Part shown: positions 1-9,845 of the stretch, one piece after another
Layout: each line of letters starts with the position of its first letter
Position numbering within the stretch: the first letter of the stretch is position 1
Assembly: GCA_023539445.1 (NCBI GenBank)
Contig: JAKCEW010000003.1
Location: forward strand, 2,250-66,249
Direction: 5' to 3'
Source: Candidatus Terraquivivens yellowstonensis
GTDB taxonomy: Archaea; Thermoproteota; Nitrososphaeria_A; Caldarchaeales; Wolframiiraptoraceae
DNA: 64,000 bases
Program-made: the position numbers and the translations under genes
The notes under the pieces: generated by a model
The model's input: the letters and a program-made list of their open reading frames with translations, nothing else
Databases searched by the model: none
Told to the model about the DNA's origin: nothing

Positions 1-476
1 TTACGATAGATTCACTTATTACAGGAAACTTCTCGACGTTCGTGGACGCCTTATCTCATCTTATTCTACCATCTTTCGCCTTGGCGCTTGGGCCGATTGC
101 CCAAGAGGCTAGGATAACCCGTGCTAGTGTTGTTGAGAATCTGAATAAGGACTACATACTCGCAAGCATTTCGCACGGCATACCCGAAAGGTTGATAGTT
201 TTAAAATATTTGATGAGACCTTCGCTGATACCGACAGTATCCATATTGGGCTTAGACATTGCATCGCTTATGGGTTGGGCATTCCTTGTAGAGTCGATAT
301 TTAATTGGCCCGGAATGTCGAGATACGGCATAATAGCGATGCTTAGGAAAGATCTGAATGCTATAGTAGGCGTGGTCATGGTTACAGGACTAGTATTTGC
401 TATAGCAAATATAGTAGTGGACGTAATAGTGTCCCTACTAGACCCAAGGATAAGAATGGTAGAGAGGGCGAAGTAG
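1..476 (+). CDS. ABC transporter permease, OppB/DppB family, C-terminal part. The gene continues upstream of the window; reading frame starts at nt 3.
   Basis: Translation ITGNFSTFVDALSHLILPSFALALGP...LLDPRIRM is typical of the C-terminal TM region of OppB/DppB permeases. The frame is open from the window edge. Confidence 0.6.
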   Translation, partial: TIDSLITGNFSTFVDALSHLILPSFALALGPIAQEARITRASVVENLNKDYILASISHGIPERLIVLKYLMRPSLIPTVSILGLDIASLMGWAFLVESIFNWPGMSRYGIIAMLRKDLNAIVGVVMVTGLVFAIANIVVDVIVSLLDPRIRMVERAK

Positions 477-479
477 CCA

Positions 480-1388
480 ATGTGTATCATGTTTTTGCTG
501 GAAAAATTGAAAGACTTAGGCATATTATCACCAAGGAAAGCGGAGGACTACAAAAAAGCATGGTATAAATTTTCTAGAAACCCGTTATCTGTTGCCGGTC
601 TCGTGATCGTCATCGTGGTGGTTGCGCTTGCCATTTTAGCGCCATACGTAACACCATACCCTCACCATGCTGAGTATTATGTGGATTTTGCAAATGCAAA
701 CCAACCTCCCAGCCTAGCTCATCCATTTGGTACAGACCAGTTTGGAAGGGACGTGCTCACAAGGATAATTTTCGGTTTTAGATATTCCCTCATGATGGCG
801 GCCACAGTTCTAGCCATAGTCACACCGCCCGGCGTGATACTTGGTCTGATAGCCGGCTATTATAGAGATCGGTGGATAGACACGGTTATAATGAGAATAG
901 CAGACATATTTGTCGCAGTCCCTCCGCTTGTCTTAGCCCTATCTATATGTGCAGTTTTAGAGCCCAACATCTTTAATGCTATGATGGCGGTATCGCTCAT
1001 GTGGTGGCCATGGTACACTAGGCTTGTGTACAGCATGGCGTCTTCATTACGTATGGAACCGTTTGTTCAGGCTGCCGAGATAATCGGTGCGAGTAAGATT
1101 CACATAATGTTTAAAGAGATTCTGCCTAATTGTCTTGGAGCCATATTGACCAAGGTTACGCTTGATGCCGCTTGGGTAATCATCCTTGGTTCAGCCCTAA
1201 GCTTCGTAGGACTTGGAGCACAACCCCCGACGCCTGATCTTGGAACGATGCTATCAGATGGTGCCAAGTATATGCCGACCATATGGTGGATTACCGTATT
1301 CCCTGCAATCGCGATAGCGGTGATAGTGCTTGGATTTAACCTGCTGGGGGATGGAATTAGGGACATATACGCAGCTGAGGCTCGTTAA
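480..1388 (+). CDS. ABC transporter permease, OppC/DppC family
   Basis: 302 aa with an N-terminal TM region and an EAA-like permease loop. It sits immediately downstream of the OppB-like gene and upstream of two ABC ATPases. Confidence 0.75.
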   Translation: MCIMFLLEKLKDLGILSPRKAEDYKKAWYKFSRNPLSVAGLVIVIVVVALAILAPYVTPYPHHAEYYVDFANANQPPSLAHPFGTDQFGRDVLTRIIFGFRYSLMMAATVLAIVTPPGVILGLIAGYYRDRWIDTVIMRIADIFVAVPPLVLALSICAVLEPNIFNAMMAVSLMWWPWYTRLVYSMASSLRMEPFVQAAEIIGASKIHIMFKEILPNCLGAILTKVTLDAAWVIILGSALSFVGLGAQPPTPDLGTMLSDGAKYMPTIWWITVFPAIAIAVIVLGFNLLGDGIRDIYAAEAR

Positions 1389-1409
1389 ATAAATGCGGAG
1401 GTTAAAAAC

Positions 1410-2390
1410 ATGAGTAGCACTCTACTGAACGTTGAAGAACTTCAAGTACATTTCAAGGTTTATGGCGGCATATTGAAAGTTTTAAACGATGTCGCTCTAA
1501 CGGTGAATGAGAAAGAAAAGGTAGGACTGATAGGAGAGTCGGGTTGTGGCAAGACCACGACGATGAAAGCAATAATGAGAATTCTCCCTTGGAACGCTAT
1601 AGTACCGAAAGCCAAGATATACTTTAAAGGAAAAGACATCATGAAAATGAGCGACAGCGAACTAAAAAGACTCAGGAGAAGGAGCATATCTATGATATTT
1701 CAAGATCCCACTGCGGCATTGAATCCTGTATTCAAAATAAGGGACCAACTTTTCGATATAGTCAAGTACGCCAACCTTGAGATGGGGAAAAACTTGTCAA
1801 AAAAGGAGATAGAAGAGGAGGCGATTAGGCTTTTGAGAGAGGCTGCACTCCCAGAGCCCGAAAGAATACTCGACAGCTATCCATTCCAGCTCAGCGGGGG
1901 CATGAGACAGAGAGTATGTATAGCCATGGCGCTTGCATCGGCACATGAATTACTAATAGCGGACGAGCCTGGCACGTCACTCGACGTAACGATAGAAGAT
2001 CAAATCCTAAGGCTATTAAAACAGATAGTTGAGGAGAAGCGTACTTCAATAATACTCATCAGCCATGCGCTTGGTGCCGTCAAAGGTTTCGTGGACAGAG
2101 TTTATGTTATGTATGCCGGATGTATCGTTGAATCTGCAAGAACGCCCGACTTATTCCGTGAACCACTACATCCATACACGAAGGGTCTTCTCGCTGCCGT
2201 ACCTAAGCTGACAGGCGGGGGAATTCCTTCAGGAATTAAGGGCAGGGTTCCAGATTACATGAATCCACCCTTGGGTTGTAGGTTCGTTACACGGTGCGAA
2301 TACGCGATGCCGATATGCGAAAAGAAGCAACCAAGAATGATAAAAGCAGGAAACGATCACGAAGTGGCATGTTTCCTCTATGGTGAATGA
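1410..2390 (+). CDS. Oligopeptide/dipeptide ABC transporter ATP-binding protein (OppD-like)
   Basis: Walker A GESGCGKTT, ABC signature LSGGMRQR, Walker B LLIADEP. The C-terminal oligopeptide-transporter extension carries Cys residues. Confidence 0.8.
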   Translation: MSSTLLNVEELQVHFKVYGGILKVLNDVALTVNEKEKVGLIGESGCGKTTTMKAIMRILPWNAIVPKAKIYFKGKDIMKMSDSELKRLRRRSISMIFQDPTAALNPVFKIRDQLFDIVKYANLEMGKNLSKKEIEEEAIRLLREAALPEPERILDSYPFQLSGGMRQRVCIAMALASAHELLIADEPGTSLDVTIEDQILRLLKQIVEEKRTSIILISHALGAVKGFVDRVYVMYAGCIVESARTPDLFREPLHPYTKGLLAAVPKLTGGGIPSGIKGRVPDYMNPPLGCRFVTRCEYAMPICEKKQPRMIKAGNDHEVACFLYGE

Positions 2391-3361
2391 AAGTGTCAAG
2401 CGAAAACATACTGGAAGTTATAAATCTCAAGAAGTATTTTAAGGTCAGCAAGGGCATCATTAAAGCCGTTGACGACATCAGTTTCAATGTCAAGTATGGG
2501 GAGACGTTCGGTCTCGTAGGCGAGTCAGGTTCAGGAAAGAGCACGACGGGACACATTATAGTCGGACTTTACGCACCAACTTCCGGTAAAATTCTATTTG
2601 AGGGGAGAGACATCTCGATGGGGGTCGAAAGGAGGCCTCTTGCCCTAAAAAAGAAAATTCAGATGGTATTCCAAGACCCTGCCACCTCGCTCAATCCTAA
2701 GAGAACCGTTAGGCAGATCATAGAGCTACCCTTAAAAGTCCACGGCATATGCCATGGGGACACCACTCAGAAAGTAGCTGAACTATTGCAAATGGTTGAG
2801 CTCCCGGTTGAGTACATGGAAAGGTATCCTACGGAGCTGGGTGGTGGCGAGAAGCAAATGGTGGCAATCGCCAGGGCTTTAGCCGTGAACCCCTCATTCA
2901 TAGTCCTAGACGAGCCGACGTCAGCCCTCGATGTATCAATCCAAGCAAAAATAATAAACATGCTTATGAGAGTTCAGAAGGAGTTCAATCTATCTTACTT
3001 GTTCATAACGCACAATCTAAGCCTGATGAGGAACGTCGCATCACGTGTAGCCATAATGTACTTGGGTAAAATCGTGGAACTTGCATCAACCGAGGAATTC
3101 TTCTACAATCCACTCCACCCATACACGAAGATGCTTCTCTCATCCATACCTGTAATAACGGATGAGGAGGAAGCTATGAAACCAAAGAAGATAATCTCAA
3201 CCGGCGAGATTCCTGGAGCTCTTAACGTACCTCCGGGTTGTAGCTTCCATCCAAGATGCCCTGAAAGGTTAGAGGTTTGCGATAAAATAGAGCCATGCAT
3301 GTTGGAAATCGCTCCCGGCCATTTTGTTAAGTGTCATCTATACAATTCTGCAAGGGCATAA
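2387..3361 (+). CDS. Oligopeptide/dipeptide ABC transporter ATP-binding protein (OppF-like)
   Basis: Walker A GESGSGKST, signature LGGGEKQ, Walker B VLDEPTSALD. It overlaps the upstream ATPase by 4 nt. Confidence 0.8.
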   Translation: MKVSSENILEVINLKKYFKVSKGIIKAVDDISFNVKYGETFGLVGESGSGKSTTGHIIVGLYAPTSGKILFEGRDISMGVERRPLALKKKIQMVFQDPATSLNPKRTVRQIIELPLKVHGICHGDTTQKVAELLQMVELPVEYMERYPTELGGGEKQMVAIARALAVNPSFIVLDEPTSALDVSIQAKIINMLMRVQKEFNLSYLFITHNLSLMRNVASRVAIMYLGKIVELASTEEFFYNPLHPYTKMLLSSIPVITDEEEAMKPKKIISTGEIPGALNVPPGCSFHPRCPERLEVCDKIEPCMLEIAPGHFVKCHLYNSARA

Positions 3362-3376
3362 ACAACTAACAATTTT

Positions 3377-3453
3377 TGGTGGACCGGCGGGGATTTGAAC
3401 CCCGGACCTCTCGGGTGCAAACCGAGTGCTCTTCCAGACTGAGCTACCGGCCC
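3377..3453 (-). tRNA. tRNA-Ala (anticodon TGC) with encoded CCA
   Basis: The reverse complement folds as acceptor GGGCCGG/CCGGTCC with a G3:U70 pair (the alanine identity element). D arm GCTC/GAGC, anticodon stem CTCGG/CCGAG with loop TTTGCAC, T arm CGGGG-TTCAAAT-CCCCG, discriminator A plus CCA. Total 77 nt. Confidence 0.85.
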
Positions 3454-3593
3454 CGTGTAAATCTCCAAGTACATCTTATTTATATGCCTGTTCCTCTCTT
3501 TTCCATATTCGACTGCCTTTTAGCCCTCCTTAAGGTTTACTACAATCCTCAAAGCAATAATAAGTCTGGTGATATATCACGATTGACTTACCT

Positions 3594-4283
3594 ATGTACA
3601 AAAAGATAATGACAATAAAAGTTGGCAACCTTGCAATCAAGCTTTATGAGGATAAAAGAGTTTACCGGCCGCTATCTGTCTCAAAGTTAATGGCGAATTG
3701 CATTACATTAAGAGGTGGTGAACACGTTTTAGACTTAGGCACTGGTAGCGGCTTTTTGGCGATAGTGGCATCCAAGCTTGGCGCTGGAAGTTGTGTGGCT
3801 ACGGACATATCACCAGACGCCGTAGCGATTGCAAGAGCTAACGCAGAATTGAATGCCGTGTACAATATTGATGTTAGACAGGGGAACCTTTACGAGCCAG
3901 TAGAAAACGAGCGATTCGACTTAATAATCTCAAACCCACCCATGACACCATCGCCAAGGCACTTAAAACCAGAAACCTACGGAGGGCCAGACGGCAGGAT
4001 TGTTTTGGATGCCGTTTTAAAAGGTGCGAAGGATCACCTAAAACCGGGCGGCAGACTCTTAATCCCGACGATATCGATAATCGGCATAGACGTGACGGCT
4101 AGGATGTTAACCCAGCTGGGCATGAGCTATAGGTGCGTGGGATATGCCGTCGTCCCCTTCAGCAGACTTTTGAAAAATTTAGAGGACTACATAAAAAAGT
4201 TGCCGAATGCCAGCATAATATATGATAGACAAATCAGGCCTTGCTGGACGGCCGTAGTATTCGAGGCCAGGCTACTACCTTAG
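3594..4283 (+). CDS. SAM-dependent methyltransferase, HemK/Mtq2-like (N5-glutamine or amino-methyltransferase family)
   Basis: Motif I VLDLGTGSGFLAI and catalytic motif ISNPPM (NPPY-type). Confidence 0.5.
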   Translation: MYKKIMTIKVGNLAIKLYEDKRVYRPLSVSKLMANCITLRGGEHVLDLGTGSGFLAIVASKLGAGSCVATDISPDAVAIARANAELNAVYNIDVRQGNLYEPVENERFDLIISNPPMTPSPRHLKPETYGGPDGRIVLDAVLKGAKDHLKPGGRLLIPTISIIGIDVTARMLTQLGMSYRCVGYAVVPFSRLLKNLEDYIKKLPNASIIYDRQIRPCWTAVVFEARLLP

Positions 4284-5513
4284 CATATCGCTAAACGCTC
4301 TTCCAAGTCTAGATATACCTTCAACCAAATTCTCTATAGAGTTAGCGAAGCTAATCCTGATGAAGCCCTCACCGTATGCACCCATGGACGAACCATGAAG
4401 AACGGCTACACCATAGTTCTCGATTAGTCTAGTGACCAGCTGTTCAGAATTCATACCAATACGTGATAAAATCTTTTGGACGTTAACGAATGCATAGAAT
4501 GCTCCCTGTGGTCTCAAGTATGTAATGCCCTCTACCTCTTTGAGTTTTTCCATCACCACATCCCTTCGTTCCTCGTATGCTTTCACCATCTTCTTCACAG
4601 AATCTTGCGGTCCCCTAAGTGCCTCTATGCCGGCATACTGGACAAACTGGTTTGGACACGACGTCATGTTATTCAACAGCTTGGTCATAGGTTCGACAAG
4701 GTCCGGGGGGACAACTGCATACCCAAGTCTCCAACCAGTCATAGCATACCTCTTTGAAAAACCATCCACCAATATCACGTTGTCCTTTTTTGTAAACGAT
4801 AGCGGCGAGTAGTGCTTCAGTCCGTCAAACAATATAGGATAGTATATTTCGTCAGATATCACGAATGCGTTTCTATCTTCCGCGATCTCCACTATACCCT
4901 TTACATCCTCCTTTCTCAAGACGGAGCCGCATGGGTTATGGGGTGAATTAATGATTATTGCCTTCGTTCTGCTGGTAGTTAGTTCGTTAACTTCTTCAGG
5001 CGTCATTCTAAAACCGTTATTCTCACTCAACCTTAACGGCACAGGCTTTCCGCCCACATACGCTGTGATGGATTCGTATGCAGGATATCCTGGGTTTGGA
5101 TATATCACTTCATCACCATCATCCACGATGGATGCAATAGACGCAAATATTGCTTCTTTGCATCCAAGCGTCACAAGTACATTCTTCCAATCAACGCTAA
5201 CACCTAATTCAGCGGAGACCTTCTCTGCGATGGCCTTTCTGAGTTCCGGTATTCCAGGTGTCGGCGTGTAGTGCGTTGCACCCCTCGCCAAGGCCTCTAT
5301 CGCCGCCCTCTTTATGTTTTCTGGCGTATCAAAATCTGGCTCACCAATCTCCATATGTATCACGTTCTTTCCCTTTGCTTCAACTTCTCTTGCCTTAGAA
5401 AGAACTGCAAAGGCACCCTCTTGGGTTATCTTATGAACCTTGCTAGACGTTCTCTTCATATACGTTTCAGAAATTTCTGATGTTTTGTTCTTATAAAAAC
5501 TTTTGGAATGCAT
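4275..5513 (-). CDS. PLP-dependent aminotransferase class I/II (aspartate aminotransferase-like)
   Basis: 412 aa. The fold-type I layout shows a lysine-containing segment SKRYAMTGWRLGY and NPxNPxG-like IINSPHNPCG. Confidence 0.8.
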   Translation of the reverse strand: MHSKSFYKNKTSEISETYMKRTSSKVHKITQEGAFAVLSKAREVEAKGKNVIHMEIGEPDFDTPENIKRAAIEALARGATHYTPTPGIPELRKAIAEKVSAELGVSVDWKNVLVTLGCKEAIFASIASIVDDGDEVIYPNPGYPAYESITAYVGGKPVPLRLSENNGFRMTPEEVNELTTSRTKAIIINSPHNPCGSVLRKEDVKGIVEIAEDRNAFVISDEIYYPILFDGLKHYSPLSFTKKDNVILVDGFSKRYAMTGWRLGYAVVPPDLVEPMTKLLNNMTSCPNQFVQYAGIEALRGPQDSVKKMVKAYEERRDVVMEKLKEVEGITYLRPQGAFYAFVNVQKILSRIGMNSEQLVTRLIENYGVAVLHGSSMGAYGEGFIRISFANSIENLVEGISRLGRAFSDMLR

Positions 5514-6896
5514 AAGTTAATAAAAATGTCGTGTAAACAAAAGCGTGAGTTGGACAAAATGGACATGCTGGAGTTGCAAGGATACTCAGGCAGGGTTAGG
5601 GAGCTTCTAGAACGGGAAAACATAAACATTGGAGATGAGATCGAGATAATCTCAAACGGTAGGAGATATAGGGGCATCCTGATGGCTAGATACGAGCTTG
5701 CAGACCCGAACTATATCACACTAAAACTGCCTAACGGTTACAACATAGGCATAAGGGTGACGGAGAATACAACTGTATCTAAAATCTCCGTTGGAGTGAG
5801 GCCGACGTTCGTGCGACCTCCCAAACCCCAAACCCTCAGCGATCTCCCAAATGTTGTCATAATCAGTACAGGAGGGACAATAGCTAGCAGAGTAGAGTAT
5901 AGGACTGGAGCGGTTAGGCCTGCTTTAGATGCAGAAGACCTTTTGGCAATAGTTCCCGAACTTGCAGAGATCGCAAAGATAGACACTGAGGTATTATACA
6001 ACGTGTGGAGCGAGAATATCCAAGTTCAACATTGGATAGGAATGGCTGAGGCTATAGACAGGTCTATTCGTAAAGGCGTGGATGGCGTGGTTTTAACTCA
6101 CGGCACAGACACTATGGGATATACGGCCGCAGCACTCAGCTTCGCTCTTCAGAAACCGCCAATTCCGATAGTTCTAGTTGGCGCACAAAGATCTTCAGAT
6201 AGACCTTCAAGCGATGCCACAACTAACCTAATTGCCGCCGTCGCAACCGCCGCTAAAGCGCCTTTCGGCGAAGTTGTCGTCGCCATGCATAAATGGCATT
6301 CCGATGATGTCATAGCTCTGCATAAGGGAACTAGGGTTGTCAAGTTGCATACAAGCAGCAGAGATGCATTTCGCTCAGTGAATTCAAGACCAATCGCTTA
6401 CTATCAGCATGGCGAGCTCAAGGTGGTGGTAAATAATTTGAACCCAAGAGGTTCTAACGAATACGTTTTTAAACCAAAGTTTGATACAAGAGCATTTCTC
6501 ATAAAGTTCTTCCCATCCATGAAGCCAGATATACTGAACATTCTAGCCGATGCCGGCATAAAGGGTTTCATAATAGAAGGGACGGGGCTAGGGCATGTTT
6601 CCTCAGATTGGGTGCCAGTTATAAGGGGATTAACAAAAAGGGGCATATTCGTTGGTATGACGTCCCAGTGTAAGTTCGGAAAAGTTAACATGAATGTTTA
6701 CGATAGCGGCAGGGATTTACTAAAGGCAGGAGTCATTCCACTAGATGACATGCTCTCTGAGGTCGCACTCGTTAAGCTTATGTGGACTTTAGGCAACCTT
6801 GGCGAGGGGGCCGAGCTGGAAGAGATTAAAAACCTTATGCTAAAGAATATTGCTGGGGAGATTTACTCAAGAAGTTTGCCTAACGTGGGCTTGTGA
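5508..6896 (+). CDS. gatD: Glutamyl-tRNA(Gln) amidotransferase subunit D (asparaginase-like domain). The true start may be an internal Met near nt 5562.
   Basis: N-terminal GatD-specific domain followed by an L-asparaginase-type domain (VVIISTGGTIAS..., HGTDTMGYTAAALS). It is followed directly by gatE with a 4-nt overlap. Confidence 0.85.
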   Translation: MHKLIKMSCKQKRELDKMDMLELQGYSGRVRELLERENINIGDEIEIISNGRRYRGILMARYELADPNYITLKLPNGYNIGIRVTENTTVSKISVGVRPTFVRPPKPQTLSDLPNVVIISTGGTIASRVEYRTGAVRPALDAEDLLAIVPELAEIAKIDTEVLYNVWSENIQVQHWIGMAEAIDRSIRKGVDGVVLTHGTDTMGYTAAALSFALQKPPIPIVLVGAQRSSDRPSSDATTNLIAAVATAAKAPFGEVVVAMHKWHSDDVIALHKGTRVVKLHTSSRDAFRSVNSRPIAYYQHGELKVVVNNLNPRGSNEYVFKPKFDTRAFLIKFFPSMKPDILNILADAGIKGFIIEGTGLGHVSSDWVPVIRGLTKRGIFVGMTSQCKFGKVNMNVYDSGRDLLKAGVIPLDDMLSEVALVKLMWTLGNLGEGAELEEIKNLMLKNIAGEIYSRSLPNVGL

Positions 6897-8809
6897 TAGT
6901 TATGGAGGATTATTCCAACATAAAATTGAAAGTCGGTCTGGAGATACATAGGCAACTGGACACAAAGAGGAAATTGTTCTGTGATTGTCCGACGGAAGAG
7001 GCCGAAGATGGTGAAACCATAACTTTTGTCAGAAAATTAAGAGAAGTTCAGAGTGAGCTTGGTACAGTAGACGCGGCGGCAATGTTCGAATCAAAAAAGC
7101 GAAAAACGATAGTCTACCATGCAAACCTCAAGAATGTTTGCCTAGTCGAGATGGATGAGGAGCCTCCGCATAACTTGAATCCTGAGGCTCTTGAAATCGC
7201 TCTTACTGTTGCTCTTTTACTCGACTCCAAACCAGTTGATGAAGTTCACGTAATGCGCAAGATAGTCATAGACGGTTCTAACACGACAGGATTCCAGCGC
7301 ACGTGTATAATCGGGATAGGAGGGCAAATAAAGATAAAGAATAAAACCATACCCATACAGACGATAACCCTCGAGGAAGATGCTGCTAGGATAATAGAGG
7401 TTGGAAAAGACGAGGTTCATTACGACCTATCAAGGCTTGGCATACCATTAATAGAAATTTCGACGGAACCAGTCATCGAATCGCCTGAAGAAGCAATGGA
7501 AGTAGCTTACGCCATAGGAAGAATATTAAGGGCAACGGGCAAGGTTAAGCGGGGCATAGGGACTATCAGACAAGACTTGAATATATCAATTAAGGATGGA
7601 GCACCTGTCGAGATAAAAGGTGTCCAAGAGCTCGAGCTTATCCAAAAGGTTGTGGAAAACGAGGTTAAGCGGCAACTGCATCTTTTGTGGATAAAAGAGG
7701 AATTGCTAAAACGCGGTGTTAGGAAGGAAGATATTTGGAACGCAAAACCCGTTGATGTTACCCACATATTCTCCAAAACTTCCAGCAAGATAATCAGAAG
7801 ACAGCTTGAAGCGGGCGGGGTCGTGTACGCAATAACATTGAAGGGATTTGCCGGATTGCTGAGTCTACAACCATCGCCCGGCATAAGGCTTGGTGCAGAG
7901 ATTGCAGGAAGGGTAAGGGCATGGAGCGACGTGGAAGGAATATTCCATACGGATGAGCTCCCCAATTACGGAATAACGATTGAAGAGGTTAAAGCTCTGA
8001 AAGATGCAATGGGTGCTGGAGAATACGACGCCGTGGTCATTGTGGCAGCGGAAAGGGACAAGGCATTGGATGCGATAGAGGTTATTAAGGAAAGAGCGGC
8101 GGAGGCCTTAGATGGGGTACCCGAAGAAACTAGAGCGGCAAGGCCTGACGGAACAACCGTCTACATGAGACCGAGACCGGGCTCGGCAAGGATGTATCCA
8201 GAGACGGACATCCCACCAATCATAATTTTACAAGAATATATTGAATACCTGAGAGCGAGGCTTCCAAAGACTTTGGACGTTGTGAGTCAACAACTTGTTG
8301 AGAAGTATGGACTCAGCAAGCAACTTGCAAATGATCTTATAGACAGTGAGGTGGTTGAAGATTTTGAAGAGATTGTTTCGAAAACTGGAGTATCTCCTAC
8401 CGTCGTAGCATCCACGTTGACGGAAGTTCTCAGAAGTTTAAGGAGGGAGGGGGCTAACGTTGAAAAGATAACCAAAGCGCACATAATGAGGTTCTTTGAA
8501 CTCGTGTCATGCAACAAGGTGGCGAAGGAGGCCGTTAGGGATGTCTTAGCGGCCGTAGCACAGAAAGGACGGAGCGTAGATCAAGTCATAGACGAACTTG
8601 GTCTTTGGTCTCCTCCAGCTTCAGAGGTGGAGGGCAGAATTAAGGCGCTTGTTGAAGAGCACAAGCAAGAGATCTTTGCTGATGAAAGGAAAGCCGTAGC
8701 TAAGTTGATGGGTGAGCTAATGAAATATTACAGGGGCAGGGTTGATGGGGCGCTCATAAACAGCATGCTAATAAAGGCGATTCGAACGCTCAAATCTGGG
8801 GAGCAATAA
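6893..8809 (+). CDS. gatE: Glutamyl-tRNA(Gln) amidotransferase subunit E
   Basis: 638 aa with a GatB/GatE catalytic domain and a GatE-specific insertion. It forms an operon with gatD. Confidence 0.85.
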   Translation: MIVMEDYSNIKLKVGLEIHRQLDTKRKLFCDCPTEEAEDGETITFVRKLREVQSELGTVDAAAMFESKKRKTIVYHANLKNVCLVEMDEEPPHNLNPEALEIALTVALLLDSKPVDEVHVMRKIVIDGSNTTGFQRTCIIGIGGQIKIKNKTIPIQTITLEEDAARIIEVGKDEVHYDLSRLGIPLIEISTEPVIESPEEAMEVAYAIGRILRATGKVKRGIGTIRQDLNISIKDGAPVEIKGVQELELIQKVVENEVKRQLHLLWIKEELLKRGVRKEDIWNAKPVDVTHIFSKTSSKIIRRQLEAGGVVYAITLKGFAGLLSLQPSPGIRLGAEIAGRVRAWSDVEGIFHTDELPNYGITIEEVKALKDAMGAGEYDAVVIVAAERDKALDAIEVIKERAAEALDGVPEETRAARPDGTTVYMRPRPGSARMYPETDIPPIIILQEYIEYLRARLPKTLDVVSQQLVEKYGLSKQLANDLIDSEVVEDFEEIVSKTGVSPTVVASTLTEVLRSLRREGANVEKITKAHIMRFFELVSCNKVAKEAVRDVLAAVAQKGRSVDQVIDELGLWSPPASEVEGRIKALVEEHKQEIFADERKAVAKLMGELMKYYRGRVDGALINSMLIKAIRTLKSGEQ

Positions 8810-8880
8810 GAGTCCTAATGGAAGACGTGGCGATAAATTTTAATGTATGCAATTCTTGACATTTATGTTGGTTAAAGACT

Positions 8881-9351
8881 TTGCAAGATGTGAAGAGTCT
8901 TAAGATAAGGATACAGCATGACGACGTCTCCGTCGAGTTTGATGGAAATTATGAAGAGGTATGGATGAGCGTTAACAAATACCTTTCGGAGCTTTACCCA
9001 TCTCTCTCAATAGTAAAGAAGTTTCTTGGCGCTGTCGATGTCTCTCACATTATGTCCCTACTCTCGGGAAAAGCCCAGATAGTAAACGGCAGGATAATTG
9101 TTTCAGCTCAGGTGGATGCTAAGAAAAAGATAATCATATGCCTCGCGGCTGCATACGTGGGTAAGGTACTTGGGCTTTTGGAGAATGATGCGCTCTCTCC
9201 CAAAGAGGTTTCGTTAATCACAGGTTTAGAAGAAAGCGTTACCAGAGCTAGGCTAAGCGAGATGAGAAAGGCGGGTCTCGTCATAAAGGTTGACGGCGGA
9301 AGGTATGTTTTTAATACATCTGCCATCAACGTGCTGGCAGAGGAGGTCTGA
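8881..9351 (+). CDS. Uncharacterised small protein, paralog A: N-terminal beta-rich domain plus C-terminal winged-helix
   Basis: 156 aa. The C-terminal ARLSEMRKAGLVIKVDGGRYVFN is a typical wHTH wing. It is homologous along its whole length to the next ORF. Confidence 0.5.
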   Translation: MQDVKSLKIRIQHDDVSVEFDGNYEEVWMSVNKYLSELYPSLSIVKKFLGAVDVSHIMSLLSGKAQIVNGRIIVSAQVDAKKKIIICLAAAYVGKVLGLLENDALSPKEVSLITGLEESVTRARLSEMRKAGLVIKVDGGRYVFNTSAINVLAEEV

Positions 9352-9353
9352 TT

Positions 9354-9845
9354 ATGGGCGAGGAGATTATGAAAGTTTCAATACAGTATAAAGATGTCCG
9401 GGCAGATTTTGAAGGTAGGCCTGATGACGTTTACAGAAGTATCGTATCATTTATGGAGAAAGTGATACCTTCGTACTCACTTGCGAGCAAGATAAGCTAT
9501 TCTGTGGACCTTCAAAGCTTGATTGAAAAATTGAGGGATTACCTAGCATATAACCAAGCTGAGGGGGTCTTTTTGCTTAAACCTCTAAATGCGCTATCAG
9601 TTTCCGAGGCAATAATGCTTTTGTGTATAAAGAGGTACCTTGAGCATGGATTGGGTCTAGCAGAGTCCCCCTCCATAAATGCTTCGGAACTCGCGAAAAA
9701 CATAGCCAAGTCCGAGAAGACAATATCGGGAAAACTAAGCCTGCTTTTGCGGAAGGGCTATATAAGACGTCTGGATAGGGGAGATTACGTTATAACGATG
9801 TTAGGCATTAAAGAATTTGTGGAAGGCAAGGTCGAGAAAAAATAG
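9354..9845 (+). CDS. Uncharacterised small protein, paralog B (same architecture as 8881-9351)
   Basis: The N-terminus MKVSIQYKDVRADFEGRPDDVY aligns with LKIRIQHDDVSVEFDGNYEEVW of paralog A. The C-terminal wHTH reads LSLLLRKGYIRRLDRGDYVIT. Confidence 0.5.
   Translation: MGEEIMKVSIQYKDVRADFEGRPDDVYRSIVSFMEKVIPSYSLASKISYSVDLQSLIEKLRDYLAYNQAEGVFLLKPLNALSVSEAIMLLCIKRYLEHGLGLAESPSINASELAKNIAKSEKTISGKLSLLLRKGYIRRLDRGDYVITMLGIKEFVEGKVEKK

Noticed and set aside
3454-3593. Possible C/D-box sRNA or operator upstream of the methyltransferase (12-bp palindrome GTGATATATCAC at 3565-3576)
   Set aside because: Only a partial C-box-like GTGATA and no proper D box or guide layout. The palindrome alone is too short to interpret, and it is kept out of the features.
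3376-3609. 77-aa ORF overlapping tRNA-Ala
   Set aside because: It overlaps a well-folded tRNA on the opposite strand and continues through the promoter region. Its translation (RGFEPRTSRVQTECSS...) is what a tRNA read as protein looks like.
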